64,000 nt of DNA from an uncultured Hormoscilla sp. (GCA_963921275.4 OZ001293.3:800001-864000), one strand, 5' to 3'; shown: positions 46,902 to 59,200, counted from the stretch's first letter. The notes: generated by a model not told the origin, from the letters alone. A program made the numbers and translations.

Positions 46902-47672
46902 ATGGTGCTGACTACTCTATTGCTTGACTTTCGGATTATATTCGATCGAGACCCTGCGGCTCGCAACTGGCTAGAAGTTTTGTTTTGCTATCCAGGACTA
47001 CAGGCTGTGGTATGCCATCGATTGGCCCACTGGCTGTGGAAACTGGGAATTCCCTTCATCCCCCGATTAATTTCTCATCTAGCTCGCTTTTTGACTGGCA
47101 TTGAAATACACCCAGGTGCCACGATCGGACAGGGAGTTTTTATTGACCACGGCATGGGGGTGGTGATTGGTGAAACGGCGATCGTGCGAGATTATAGCTT
47201 AATTTACCAGGGCGTCACCCTCGGCGGTACGGGGAAAGAAACAGGTAAGCGCCATCCCACCATCGGCTCAAATGTAGTTGTTGGTGCCGGTGCTAAGGTG
47301 CTAGGTAATCTCCAAATTGGCAATAATGTACGTATCGGCGCAGGTTCTGTGGTACTGCGGGATGTGCCTTCCGATTGCACAGTAGTAGGCATCCCCGGTC
47401 GCATTGTTTATCGTTCTGGCGTCCGAGTCGATCCCCTGGAACACGGACGCTTGCCGGATGCTGAAGCAGAGGTGATTCGGACTTTGGTAGACCGGATCGA
47501 ACAACTCGAACAACAAGTGAAATCTCTGCAACAGCGGCAATCAGCTGTGATGACAACTGTATCATCTTCGGCTTTCCCCTTGGCAGCCAGAGACTGCCAA
47601 GGGGAAATTGGCACCAGTTGCCGCCTAGAGGATAAGGCGATTAAAGAGTTTTTGGATAGTTCTGGGATTTAG
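46902..47672 (+). CDS. cysE: Serine O-acetyltransferase
   Basis: [26 protein letters not shown] motifs. Confidence 0.96.
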   Translation: MVLTTLLLDFRIIFDRDPAARNWLEVLFCYPGLQAVVCHRLAHWLWKLGIPFIPRLISHLARFLTGIEIHPGATIGQGVFIDHGMGVVIGETAIVRDYSLIYQGVTLGGTGKETGKRHPTIGSNVVVGAGAKVLGNLQIGNNVRIGAGSVVLRDVPSDCTVVGIPGRIVYRSGVRVDPLEHGRLPDAEAEVIRTLVDRIEQLEQQVKSLQQRQSAVMTTVSSSAFPLAARDCQGEIGTSCRLEDKAIKEFLDSSGI

Positions 47673-48271
47673 GGATTATAGCCTCGTTCCCAGGCCGAAG
47701 CCTGGGAACGTTGACCAGAGGAGATCCCGTTCGCGCAGCGTGCGCGCAGCGCAATCACGCAGGAAGATCCGGCGGTTGTGGAGTTCGCCAGTTAATTCCA
47801 GGCCTGAGACCATGACGGGATCTAGTAACAACAAGCAAAAATGTTCCCCTCTTGTCACTTAATATACATGAATTAACGTTTTAGCATGTGTATCAAATGA
47901 CACCACAAGTTCAGCCGGGACTGTTGACAACAGTTCGACCACCTCGTATATGCTCACAGCAAGTGGCAAAAAGGCGTCAGCATTGGGTCTGGCAGAACCG
48001 GCATGAGGTCATAGGAATTGCCGACCAGCCTTGTGGGACAGGTCTTGCCCCAGGTAAACGGAGCCATTTGGAATACAGGATCGGGGCGGCTATTCACCAT
48101 GGCCGATCGCGCAGCTCACACGCTACGCGATCGGCCATAGTGAATAGCTCGCCAGTTTCAGAGCCATATCCGTCGGCTCTAACAGAGACCAGTTGGAAGT
48201 AACGGGGATGAAATTAACCGTGATTACATTCGAGAGCGCGAACCACCAGATCGCCCCAGCCCACAATAAGT

Positions 48272-48287
48272 ACGCTACATATAGTGT
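48272..48287 (+). promoter_or_regulatory. Probable NrdR box, with a weaker candidate at 48314-48329
   Basis: ACGCTACATATAGTGT resembles the consensus acaCwAtATaTwGtg; about 100 bp upstream of nrdJ. Confidence 0.6.
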
Positions 48288-48372
48288 AAATTAGGGGACT
48301 TATCCAGCCTTGACCACTAGATGCAGGATAATCTATACTCATTACACTGACCTAAAAGGAAAAGCAGCAACT

Positions 48373-51300
48373 ATGGAGCAGCAAAAACGAAAACCCCAGA
48401 CTAACCAATTCCCACTAGACGCACCAGTTAGCCTCCCCGTGTTCTTCAGGACTTACAGCCGGCGCACAGCCGACGGCAAACGCGAATCCTGGAAAGATGT
48501 GTGCGATCGGGCGATCGCAGGTTTAACCGAGTTAGGCAAACTAACCCCGAAAGAATCAGACCTGCTCTACCGGATGCAGCTACAGCTGAAAACACTGTCT
48601 TCTGGCAGATGGTTGTGGATAGGAGGTACAGGTGCGATTCGTTCAGGCGTAAACCGGTAACGGAGAAAGCCTGACTGGCATCATTAGCCAGAAACTCTGG
48701 ATATCATGGGGGTTAAATTCCCTCTCCCCAGGTGTGGGGGTAACACCGGTCCTTAGTGCTGCGGAGTCACATCGCCGTGGTGCGGAGCTAGGACTTAAAT
48801 GTAGGGTAGCTGGCAGCCTAAGCTGGCAACACCGCTAGGAAAGATGTTCATGGTTAGAACAAGCGAACCTGTGTAAGCCTCGTCACCTATAACCAGCGGA
48901 ATAAGGCTGATACGCTGGCCCAAAAGGGAAATGGTAGTTAGTGTTGGTAATCTGTACTTACTAGCATCGCACTCGAAGAACTCCCGGGGTATAGCAGGAA
49001 CCTAAAAGCATCGAGAAATGATACCAGGGAACGAAGTAACCTCTTGTGTGCAGTTCGGCTCAACGGGGCCGAACCAGTTAGATGTAAAGCGCAAGCCACG
49101 AGGGGAAGGATGTCCTAAGAAGCAAATGCCCGGGGTAATGCCCGTGGATAAGCTGACGTCGGACGGATATGGTAAGAAGCCTTTGGTGAAAGTAGCCCTA
49201 ATATGTCGCAAAACTTAGGAGAAATCCAAAAGTATGAATATGGACTAGAGTCTCAGCCGGGTAAAGTTCAGAGCCCCGATAAATCAGGAATGGGGAAATG
49301 TTAGTAAAGAGCGGTTAGACCGGTTTGCTGAACTACCCTCCGCGAACCTTCCGGAGCTGAAATCATTAACGGTCCAATAGGATTGACCATAAGGGGTAAA
49401 ATTACAGAGGGTAAGGGGGAAACGGGGTGACCTAATAACCCTACTGATGACAACAGCTTACCAACCAGTAGCCGGATGCGGTGAAAGTCGCAAGTCCGGT
49501 TTCGAAAGGGAGGGTTGGGAAGTGATTCCCAGCTCGACCCCGACCAGTGGATTAAGCAACCTGAAAATTTTCCTGGTGCTTATAATTGTTCATCAACTAA
49601 TATCCTTGACTGGCGATCGTTTGGTTTGTTAATGGATTTGGCCATGATGGGTTGTGGGACTGGTGCGGTTCTCGAACCCCGCTACATCAATCAACTACCA
49701 CCCATTCGCAATCACCTGAAGGTGAAACTTTGGGGCAAAATTGGCGCAACTTCACCAGCAATGCGACGGGAAGAAACTGAGGTGAAAATATCCGGGAACA
49801 AGGTAATAATTTACGTCGGCGACTCTCGCCAAGATTGGGTAGCTTCCTATCAATCTCTGTTAGAATTATCCACTGAAGAGCGATTTACCGACTCAGTGGA
49901 GGTTGATATTGATTTGAGTGATGTTCGCCCAGCTGGGGAACATCTCAAAGGCTTTGGTGGTGTAGCAAATCCAGTGAAATTACCAGTTCTGTATCAACGC
50001 TGTGCAGGGATATTAAATAAAGCTGTCGGACGGCAATTAAATTCCGTGGAATGCAGTTTGTTGATTGATGAAGCAGCCGTGACGATCGTGGCAGGCAATA
50101 TTAGGCGCAGCGCGGGGATTCGTCAATTTGCCTTTGATGATGAATTGGGTGGCAATGCTAAGAATAATCTCTGGCAACAAGATGAAAATGGTAACTGGCG
50201 CATAGACCCCGATCGGGATGCCTTGCGGATGGCAAATCATACCCGGATATTCCACCACAAGCCAACCTTAGAAGAATGTATTGCAGCAGTTCGCAAGCAG
50301 TATTATAGCGGCGAAGGGGCAATTCAATGGGCTGGAGAAGCGATCGCCCGTGCCAATGCAGATCTGCTCAGCAGTTACGAACATAAAACTGACTTTTTAG
50401 CTGCCTACGATCGTGGCGAAGGCGAACAATGGTTGCAGGAAAAATACCCGCAGCTATCGGATGAAGAACGACAGCATCGTTTAGCCCGACTTGGATTAAA
50501 CCCGTGCTTGAGCGACGATACTTGGATTCTTACGGAAAACGGTGCTCAAAAAATCAAAGACTTGTTAGGTAAGCAAGTTGGACTATTTGTTAATGGGGAG
50601 TTATTTTCGACCACAAAGGAAGGATTTTACCAGACTGGTGTTAAGCTTCTTTATCGTTTAACCACAAAGGAAGGTTACGAAATCCGAGCCACTGACAACC
50701 ATCCATTCCTTAAAATTACCGCCCAAACGCAGAAAAAACAATACAGCGAATGGACAGAGCTTAAGGACTTGTCAGTGGGCGACCGTGTTTCTATCCACAA
50801 TCATAAGGGCATTCAACCCTGGTACGGTGACGGAACTTTTGGTGAAGGATGGCTGCTCGGCAGTCTTGTTGGCGATGGCTGTTTTTCGGTCAACGAAAAA
50901 AATTACCAACGAGCGGCTGTACTTCGTTACTGGGGAGGCAATCAAGCTCAAATGGCTGATTATGCAGTGGCGCTTATTGGAAAGGAGCTTGGTTCACAAC
51001 TTGCTTCTATTGCTCTCCCACGCAACCAGTACACCCAAGTGGGAGGGGCGGCGTTGTATGAGCTGGCGGAGCGGTTTGGGATGAAGCAACGTCACAAAAC
51101 TGTGACGGATGCAGTTGAACGAGCGAGCTACGATTTCTATCGTGGCTTTTTGCAGGGCTTCTTCGACGCTGATGGTGGCGTGCAAGGTTGTCAACTAACG
51201 GGAGTCTCTGTCCGCTTAGCTCAAAGCGATCTGGATGTGTTAAAGGCTGTTCAACGAATGTTATTGCGGCTAGGTGTTGCTTCAAGTCTTTATCGGTGCC

Positions 51301-52697
51301 GCCGCCCCGTATCCCTGCGGGACGCGCAGGGCATACACCGGGTTTTACTGCCCGATGGTAAGGGTGGGCAGAAACTTTATGACTGCAAAGAGCAGCACGA
51401 ACTGATTGTTGCTCGCACCAATCTTAAGGAGTTTCACGCGGTTGTCGGATTCAGCGACCCCGACAAAAAGGCAAAACTTGACGCTGCACTGTCAGGCTAC
51501 AAACGTCGATTAAACTGCGAGGGTTTCACTGTGACGGTCTCCAGTATTGAGTTTGACGAAATTGAGCCTGTTTACGATTGTACTGTCCCTGGGGTGTCTC
51601 GTTTTGATGCCAATGGGTTTGTTGTTCACAATTGCGGTGAAATCATCGGGGCGAATTTTTTCTGTAATTTGTCAGAGATTCACCTGAATCAAATTGACCC
51701 GCATAACTACCAGGAACAGGCTGACGCTTTCACCGCTGGGGCCCTTTCGGTGGCGACGCTGCTGAATCATAAATTTGTTGAACCTCGCTACCGGGACAGT
51801 CGGGAATTAGACCCAATTGTGGGCGTGTCTTTCACAGGACTGTTTGATTTCTTTGTTAATGCTTTTGGGGTTGATTGGTTACACTGGTGGGCAGAAGGAC
51901 GCCCTCAAACTGCAGGCGGTTTGGAGTATAAGCAGCGGGAGATAGAATATCTGAGTCGCTGGAAAGAGATCGTACATCGGGTGGTGTGGGATTATTGCGA
52001 TCGCCATTCCTTAAAATGCCCAAATCGCTGTACAACCTGTCAGCCTTCTGGCACGAAATCTCTACTCACAGGCGCTTCCCCAGGATGGCATCCCCCTAAA
52101 GCCCAACGCTTTATTCGGCGGGTTACATTTGCCAAAAACGACCCCGTAGCGCTAGCTTGTATTGACTATGGTTATAATGTGGTTCCTTCTCAGTCAGATA
52201 AAGACGAAAATGGCAATCTTTTGCATGACCCATTTTCTCCCCTGTGCAGTGAATGGCTAGTAGAAATACCTGTGGCTGTACCTTGGGCTGATTTGCCCGG
52301 GGCTGATGCAATTGACATTGCTAAATTTAGTGCGATCGCTCAAATGGATTTCTACTTGACGGTGCAGCGTTACTGGACTACTCACAATTCTTCTGCCACC
52401 ATTGAACTGCGGGAAAACGAAATCGAAGCTTTAGGGACTCGCATCTATGAGGCGATCGCCCTTGATGAAGGATACATCTCAGCTGCCCTGCTAGCGAGGT
52501 TTGACGACCATCAGAGTTTCCCGCGCTTGCCATTTGAGCCCATTGACAAGCAGCAGTATGATAAGCTGATGAAAGAAGTCCAGATGCGACGCCAGTCAGA
52601 TGATTTTCAGGCGGCTTTGAGTCGCTATGATTCAGGCTACGCAGCAGTTGGCCCCGCCGGGTGTGACTCGGATAAATGTCTGTTTCCGCGCCCTTAG
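48373..52697 (+). CDS. nrdJ: Adenosylcobalamin-dependent ribonucleotide reductase, exons 48373-48631 and 49546-52697, 1136-aa precursor including intein
   Basis: VFFRTYSR, SGRWLWIGGT-E-W junction, NP|CGEI, QPSGTKS, C-terminal CDSDKC. Confidence 0.95.
48632..49545 (+). mobile_element. ORF-less group II intron (914 nt) in nrdJ
   Basis: GTGCG start, ACC end; EBS1 CTGTAC pairs with IBS1 GTACAG and EBS2 CCTAT with ATAGG; canonical D5. Confidence 0.95.
50505..51632 (+). mobile_element. 376-aa intein with LAGLIDADG homing endonuclease
   Basis: CLSDDT start, VHN|C end; LGSLVGDG and QGFFDADG motifs; inserted in NP^CGE. Confidence 0.95.
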
Positions 52698-52858
52698 GCG
52701 ATCGTATGAAGGTTCGTAGTAAGGACTAAAGTCCTTGCGCGAGGAAAGCACGCTTCGATGCGCGAGGGGTAGTGCGATGGCGCTACGCTGGGCGCGCAGC
52801 GCATGTAGCGCTCCCCGAGTGCATCAAAGTGCTTACTACAAACTAAGGAGACAGGAAA

Positions 52859-53137
52859 ATGTTTATGGATGAACTGATGCCGATTTTCAAAGAATTAACC
52901 AAGCAGCCGTTCGCCTTTTTGGGCGGCTTTTGCTCTGGGATCCTCGGGCTTTCTCTCTATGAAGACCCACTCTCTAGCTGGCTCGCAAAGCAGGTGGGTG
53001 CTGAGTCGGATGCTTCTTCTGCTAAGGCAGGCAACAGCACCGGCCGATGGCGCTACGCTGGGCGCGCTGCGCAATCGCGTAGCGTGCGCGCTGCGCAATC
53101 GCGCAGCGTGGCGCAGCCATGTGCCGATTTCGATTGA
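52859..53137 (+). CDS. Conserved cyanobacterial small protein; C-terminus shifted by stacked micro-repeats
   Basis: MFMDEL..QPFAFLGGF; PISIE* lies in another frame after the repeats. Confidence 0.65.
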   Translation: MFMDELMPIFKELTKQPFAFLGGFCSGILGLSLYEDPLSSWLAKQVGAESDASSAKAGNSTGRWRYAGRAAQSRSVRAAQSRSVAQPCADFD

Positions 53138-53252
53138 ATAAGAAAAGCCTAGCTAGGCCGGCTAAGAGAGATAGTCTCCAGCCAGATAGCTAGGCCGTCA
53201 AAATGTCCAAAAATCAATCAACCTTTTCATTCTATCACAAGTTCATCTGGTC

Positions 53253-54323
53253 TTAGGGATAAAAACATAATTGGGGTAGGCCTAAAGTTTCTTCCCAACC
53301 CATCATCAAGTTGAGGCATTGAATGGCTTGACCAGCTTGACCCTTGATCAAGTTATCGATCGCTGAGAGGACGATCGCCCGATCGGTGCGGGAGTCCACT
53401 TCGACGCCTATATAACAAAGGTTAGTGCCATAAGCCCATTTAGTCTGGGGATAGACCCCACTAGGCAACACCTTTACCCAGGGACAAGCCCGATAGAAGG
53501 CTGAGTAAATTGTAATCAAATCTTCTCGCTTCAGCCCTGGATCGTTCAGATTGCCATAGACTGTGGCTAAAATCCCCCGTACCATCGGGATCAGGTGGGG
53601 GGTGAATTGAACCATTACCTCATGGCCAGCCAGATCGCTACAGACTTGCTCAATTTCTGGAGTATGCCGGTGATGTGCGACCCCGTAGGCTCCCAAGGAA
53701 CTATCCGCTTCCGCTAGTAAGAGATGGGTTTTAGTTTGTCTCCCGCCGCCAGAGGTGCCCGATTTGGCATCGACGATCGCTGTCTCTGGTACAATTAAAC
53801 CTTGCTTGAATAGTGGTGCGAGTGCTAGCATGCTGGCCGTGGGATAGCAACCGGGACAGCCTACTAATGAAGCTTGAGCGATCCGATCGCGATACAATTC
53901 CGGTAAGCCGTAAACCGCCGTAGCTGCTACTTCATCGTCAGTGCGATCGCCTCCATACCAAGCTTTATAGACTTGCAAATCTGTTAACCGGTAGTCAGCT
54001 GAGAGGTCGAGAACCTTACACCCCTTTTCTAACAGTGTCGGTGCCATCTTATAGGCCAGACCATTGGGTAGACCCAGAAAAACTACTTGGCATTTGCCAG
54101 CAATTATGTTAATGTCTATGGGTTCGACCTTCATCTGGACACAATGACCTAGATGAGGATAAAGAGTACCATAGTATTTACCAGCGCTGCTGTCACCTCC
54201 TAAATAAACCAGTTCTACCCCTGGATGATCCACCAGCAGTCGCACGAGTTGCACACCACCATAGCCTGATGCGCCGACAATCCCAACTTTTATTCGATTT
54301 TTCGCGCAACGTTCTCCTATCAT
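53253..54323 (-). CDS. argC: N-acetyl-gamma-glutamyl-phosphate reductase with 15-nt insert at 54298-54312
   Basis: [24 protein letters not shown] motifs. Confidence 0.96.
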   Translation of the reverse strand: MIGERCAKNRIKVGIVGASGYGGVQLVRLLVDHPGVELVYLGGDSSAGKYYGTLYPHLGHCVQMKVEPIDINIIAGKCQVVFLGLPNGLAYKMAPTLLEKGCKVLDLSADYRLTDLQVYKAWYGGDRTDDEVAATAVYGLPELYRDRIAQASLVGCPGCYPTASMLALAPLFKQGLIVPETAIVDAKSGTSGGGRQTKTHLLLAEADSSLGAYGVAHHRHTPEIEQVCSDLAGHEVMVQFTPHLIPMVRGILATVYGNLNDPGLKREDLITIYSAFYRACPWVKVLPSGVYPQTKWAYGTNLCYIGVEVDSRTDRAIVLSAIDNLIKGQAGQAIQCLNLMMGWEETLGLPQLCFYP

Positions 54324-54494
54324 GCTTTACCATGAATAAATTACTTGAAACTCAAACGGTTTAACGTTTGATGCATTCTAGTACTAAAGGCGGAATTTGG
54401 CTGTGAGACGCCTCGAAAAACAAGGGACAATTTATAAAGCCCTAGCAGTTAACTGATATAGTGGGCAATGCCCACCCGACGTGGTTGTGTCTTC

Positions 54495-55739
54495 ATGTAC
54501 GCAGAATCTGGAGAGTTTAAGTTTGATTCGATCGACTCAGCCCTGTCAGAACTAAAAGCGGGTCGGGCGATCGTGGTCGTGGATGACGAGAACCGGGAAA
54601 ACGAAGGGGATGCGATCTGCGCGGCCCAGTTCGCAACGCCGGACATGATTAATTTTATGGCAGTGCATGCCCGGGGGCTGATTTGTTTGGCCATGACGGG
54701 CGATCGCCTGGATGAACTGGACCTCCCCCTGATGGTCAACGACAACAGCGAAACTCGCAGCGTGGGGGCGAAAAATCGGAATCAAACGGCTTTTACGGTC
54801 AGCATCGACGCCGATACAGGGGTGACTACGGGAATTTCCGCTGAAGACAGGGCCCGGACGATCCAAGTGGCCCTTAACCCAGCTACCCGTCCTCAAGACT
54901 TGCGCCGTCCCGGTCATGTTTTCCCTCTGCGAGCAAGAGTTGGTGGCGTCTTAAAACGCGCTGGTCACACAGAAGCCGCAGTTGACCTGGCCAGACTCGC
55001 TGGACTCTACCAGGCGGGGGTAATTTGTGAAATTCAAAACCCTGACGGTTCAATGGCCCGCTTACCCCAACTAATAGACTATGTCCAAAAACACGGGCTG
55101 AAAATTATTTCTATTGCCGACTTAATCAGTTACCGACTGCAACACGAACGGTTTGTTCGCCGGGAGACGGTCACCAATTTTCCCAGTCAGTTCGGTTACT
55201 TCCAGATTTATGCTTACCACAACACCCTGGATAATGGCGGTCACCTGGCCATTGTTAAAGGAGATCCAGCGGAGTTCCCAGACCAAATGGTGATGGTGCG
55301 GATGCATTCGGAATGCCTGACTGGTGATGCTTTGGGGTCTCTGCGCTGCGACTGTGGTTTGCAGCTGCAAGCTGCGCTGAAAATGATCGAAAATGCGGCC
55401 CTGGGATGCGTAGTGTACCTGCGTCAGGAAGGTCGGGGCATTGGTTTAATTAATAAGCTCAAAGCCTACTCTTTACAAGATATCGGACTAGATACAGTAG
55501 AAGCAAATACTCGCCTGGGTTTTCCCCCTGACCTGCGGAATTACGGCGTGGGTGCGCAGATCCTTAATGATTTGGGTGTGAAAAAGTTCCGCCTAATTAC
55601 GAATAATCCCCGCAAGATTGCTGGTTTGAAGGGCTATGGTTTAGAAATTGTCGATCGAGTGCCGTTGTTGATTGAGGCGACTGAGTACAATTCCAGTTAT
55701 CTGGCAACTAAGGCGCGAAAGCTGGGTCATTTCTTGTGA
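54495..55739 (+). CDS. ribBA: DHBP synthase / GTP cyclohydrolase II with 24-nt insert at 54752-54775
   Basis: RENEGD, RAGHTEA, HSECLTGD, RCDC, EGRGIG motifs. Confidence 0.95.
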   Translation: MYAESGEFKFDSIDSALSELKAGRAIVVVDDENRENEGDAICAAQFATPDMINFMAVHARGLICLAMTGDRLDELDLPLMVNDNSETRSVGAKNRNQTAFTVSIDADTGVTTGISAEDRARTIQVALNPATRPQDLRRPGHVFPLRARVGGVLKRAGHTEAAVDLARLAGLYQAGVICEIQNPDGSMARLPQLIDYVQKHGLKIISIADLISYRLQHERFVRRETVTNFPSQFGYFQIYAYHNTLDNGGHLAIVKGDPAEFPDQMVMVRMHSECLTGDALGSLRCDCGLQLQAALKMIENAALGCVVYLRQEGRGIGLINKLKAYSLQDIGLDTVEANTRLGFPPDLRNYGVGAQILNDLGVKKFRLITNNPRKIAGLKGYGLEIVDRVPLLIEATEYNSSYLATKARKLGHFL

Positions 55740-55749
55740 TTGAACATTT

Positions 55750-56280
55750 CTACTGCCGGCACATCTCTCTTGCTCGTCTAATCGCATCACTTGCGCCTTC
55801 CAGTGAATACTCGAAGTAAACTTTGCCCTGGCCGAACCAATCAAGTTCCAGTTTGACCATTGTATGGCGTATGAAGCGACGGATAGCCTCAGTGGAGTCC
55901 CTAAAGAATAAGAAATCTGAATTTCTGGATTCCTCCATTTTCATATTTATGACTTCATCATCAAATTTGACCCGGAAGATGAAGATATAGACACTATAAT
56001 CTCGGATTGGTTGGCTGATAAGGTTTAACGAGCTAAAGCCGATGAACGCCCATTCATCGTTTTCGCGGTCGCAACCGAAGCCCAGCCAACTCTTTGTCCC
56101 TGTGTATGGGAAATCCATCGGCGTTGTGCTGGTAACAGAGTCTGAGAATGTATAGATCCGGATTTCGCCCGTCATCTCGTCCCTGCTCGGCCTCGCCATC
56201 TCCCACCCTGCAAGGGCTGCCTGGAAAGGAAATATCATGTAGAGAATGGCAGCGGCTTTGATAATACGGTTCATGTTCAT
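55750..56280 (-). CDS. Hypothetical exported protein
   Basis: Signal-peptide-like N-terminus MNRIIKAAAILYMIFPFQAALA; directly follows tamB. Confidence 0.55.
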   Translation of the reverse strand: MNMNRIIKAAAILYMIFPFQAALAGWEMARPSRDEMTGEIRIYTFSDSVTSTTPMDFPYTGTKSWLGFGCDRENDEWAFIGFSSLNLISQPIRDYSVYIFIFRVKFDDEVINMKMEESRNSDFLFFRDSTEAIRRFIRHTMVKLELDWFGQGKVYFEYSLEGASDAIRRAREMCRQ

Positions 56281-56296
56281 GTTAATGTACGTAATT

Positions 56297-59200
56297 TTAG
56301 AATTTAACTTCGTATTCAAATTGGGCTCGATCGTCCCCAGAGAAATTCGTAGCCCCGCGCAGACGCAGGCGATCGCTTACTGTGACGCGCAGACTGAATT
56401 GGGCTGGTCGATCGTCAGTCAGGATTTTTAAGACGGATGCTCCGAAGTTGTCGGTAATTTTAATGCTGGCTTCTGCTCCTAAACTTAGGGGGAAGTTGGG
56501 ATCTTGCTCGGCTGCTGTGGTTTCGTTGAAGTCCAGGACGGGGAAAAAGCGCAGTGCTGTTAATCCTAGTTTGTCGGCGATTGTGTTCTCGATGTTGGAC
56601 AAGAGGGCGGTTCCTGCTAAGTTGGCTAGGGCTAACGTACTGTCCGATCCACTCAGGGTATCCGCTAAGTTCCCGCCCAGCAAGGCGATAATTTCTGATT
56701 GGCTGTGATGGGGGGAACTGCTGAGCGTTAGGGCGTTACCGGTTTGAATTCCAGAGGCCTGACCTTTTACTCTGGCTTCAATTTCTACGGTTTGCGTCCC
56801 TAAACCACCTAGTACGGCCCGATCGCTAATCTCTGGAGGACTCAAGAAGATTCCCTCCTCTGATGCGCTAGTAATATTGGCGCCCCGAGCACCTGCTATT
56901 TCCGTCACCGCGGTTTCTAAGCGAATATCTAAGTCTGGTTCCAGTCCCTGACGAGGTCTAAACCGCACCTTGTGATCGTAGTTTTCGGTGAGACGAAACT
57001 GGGTGGTATAGAGATTCACATATCCTCGCGGTAAGAAAATGTCTCCATCAGGACGCATGTCTTCTATTGTACCGTTGATGGTCAAATCCCCTGTGGCACG
57101 AATATTCATTAACCCTGGCCAGCGCAATGACACCCGATCGCCCAAACTAATCTGCAAATTCTCCAATTCTGGCACTATGCCCGCCTCTGCGCTAGCTTCC
57201 TGCCCGCTAGCGACTGGGGACCGCCTGGAAATGTTTGCTTCCGCTGCCTGGGATAAGAAGATTTTGCCTTTGGGAATGCGAATGTTTCCTCCGATTTTAG
57301 GGCTCATGACTGTCCCACTTACTACAATATTGCTATTCACTTCCCCGGAAAATATCTCGTTGAAGTCTAGGGCTAGGTTTTCTAGGTCGATCGTCAACGG
57401 GTTGTCCACAGTGCTGAAGTATGCGCTGCGCGCACGCTGCGCGGACGAGAGTAAAGGAAGTTCCCCTGCTACCCGCAGTTGCCCGCCACTGAAATTACCC
57501 TCCCACCGTTCCACAAATATGCGATCGCCATCAAACTTCACCAGTCCCTTCACATCCGTCAAAGGCGGTAAGTGAGGGTACTGCTCTGTTGTAAATATAC
57601 CATTCTCGATCAGCAAACTGCCATCCACCACCGGGCGATCGAAAGTCCCTCGGATCTCAACCAAGACAAACCCACTCCCCCCGCCCCATTTTACCTGTTC
57701 CCTGCTCAGTATATCCAGCACTGCCATACCCTCATCTTCGACATATGCATCTATCTGGATTTCCTGGCTAGTCGGAGAAACTGCTCCTATTGGCGGTAAG
57801 TTAGGTATGCTACCTTTTATTTTCACCAATTCTGCACCACCTGCTCTTACCTGAGAGCCAAACCTCAATAGACCGTTGTCCAATGAAAAACTCCCCTTCG
57901 CCAACTCCAATGCAGTTTTGTTCAGGGTCCCGTCCACAAGCCGCATTTCCCCGATCGCCCGGGGATTTTCTAACGTCCCTCCTCCCAAGGTAGCCGTCAC
58001 ATTTATTTTCCCAGTAATATCAACGGGCAACTTCTGGGGCACAAACCTTTCTATCAATTCTACAGGCAGATTTTCCAGATGAAGTTGGCCTGATTGTTGT
58101 TCTACCCCAACCTGTCCATTAAATGTTAGCAGAGTTGGTCCGGACTGTATTCTGATTGGATCCAGGGAAAGCACATTATCGGCAAAGCTGCCTTTCAGGA
58201 CGATCGGGTTAAAATCATACTCTCCCCAAGACCAATCTGTACCCAAAACATCAAAATCCACTATCATACCCGTAGCGGGTGCTGTTGCCAAATCCACTTC
58301 TCCTTTCATACTACCATCTAACTCGGATAGTTCTGGGGTCGGATTAGACTCTTGCTGAAACGCCCGGCGGCGGACTAAAGTACTAATTTCCGAGAAGCGA
58401 CGCAGTTGCCAAAGGACATCTCTTTCTGTCTCACCGACGGGGAATATTTCCAGATCCGCTGCATTAGCATAGCTAGGAGGTGCTAAACCTCTGGCAATAT
58501 CTGCGAAATTAAACCAATGTAAAGTTTTCAGAATATCCTGGATGTCTCCTTTAACTATCTTAACGTTCCCATCCCCTGTCTCTGTGAGGATGTTGTATTT
58601 CCCTGCAAACTGATATTCACTTTCTGGCAACTGTAAACTAGAACTTTCCAGCGTTGCCAAACCTCTCCCGTATAGAAAAGCTGCTTCCAGACTGTCAGCT
58701 TGCATATGACCCACCGCCGGAGAGTCTATCTTCACGGTGCCTCCCAGACAATTTCCCCGAACAGGAGATCCACTTAACTCATTAATACAATTGTCCGGAT
58801 TGACTTCGAGGCGCCCCGAAAGCAGTCCCGACAGCTCTCCAGGCCCTAACTCTGGCTGTATGTCGAGTAGGCTTAGCTGGAGGTTGGTTATGTCTATTTG
58901 CAGGTGTTCGCTCGCAAGGGCTGTGTCTCTTGAGGTTCTGCCAGTCGCGATCGCCTCATGCACTTTCACCGTGAAAGACTCTGGATAATAATTTGACTTC
59001 AGTACCAAAGCAATTTGGTCTTCATTTCCTTTCAGATCTATACTTACTCCCTCACCTACTTCTGCTATGACTGGACCAGACATATCTGGGTCAAAAGCCA
59101 GATCGTTTACTCCCAAACCCCGCAGCCGCAAATTCCCATTTACCCTTGGGGTGAGAATTTCTCCCCCGATCGCGCCCGCAAAATCCACATTACCTGTCAG

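Noticed and set aside
49515..49547. nrdJ start at 49515 as in the ORF track
   Set aside because: These codons are almost all intron domain VI; the true N-terminus is exon 1 at 48373
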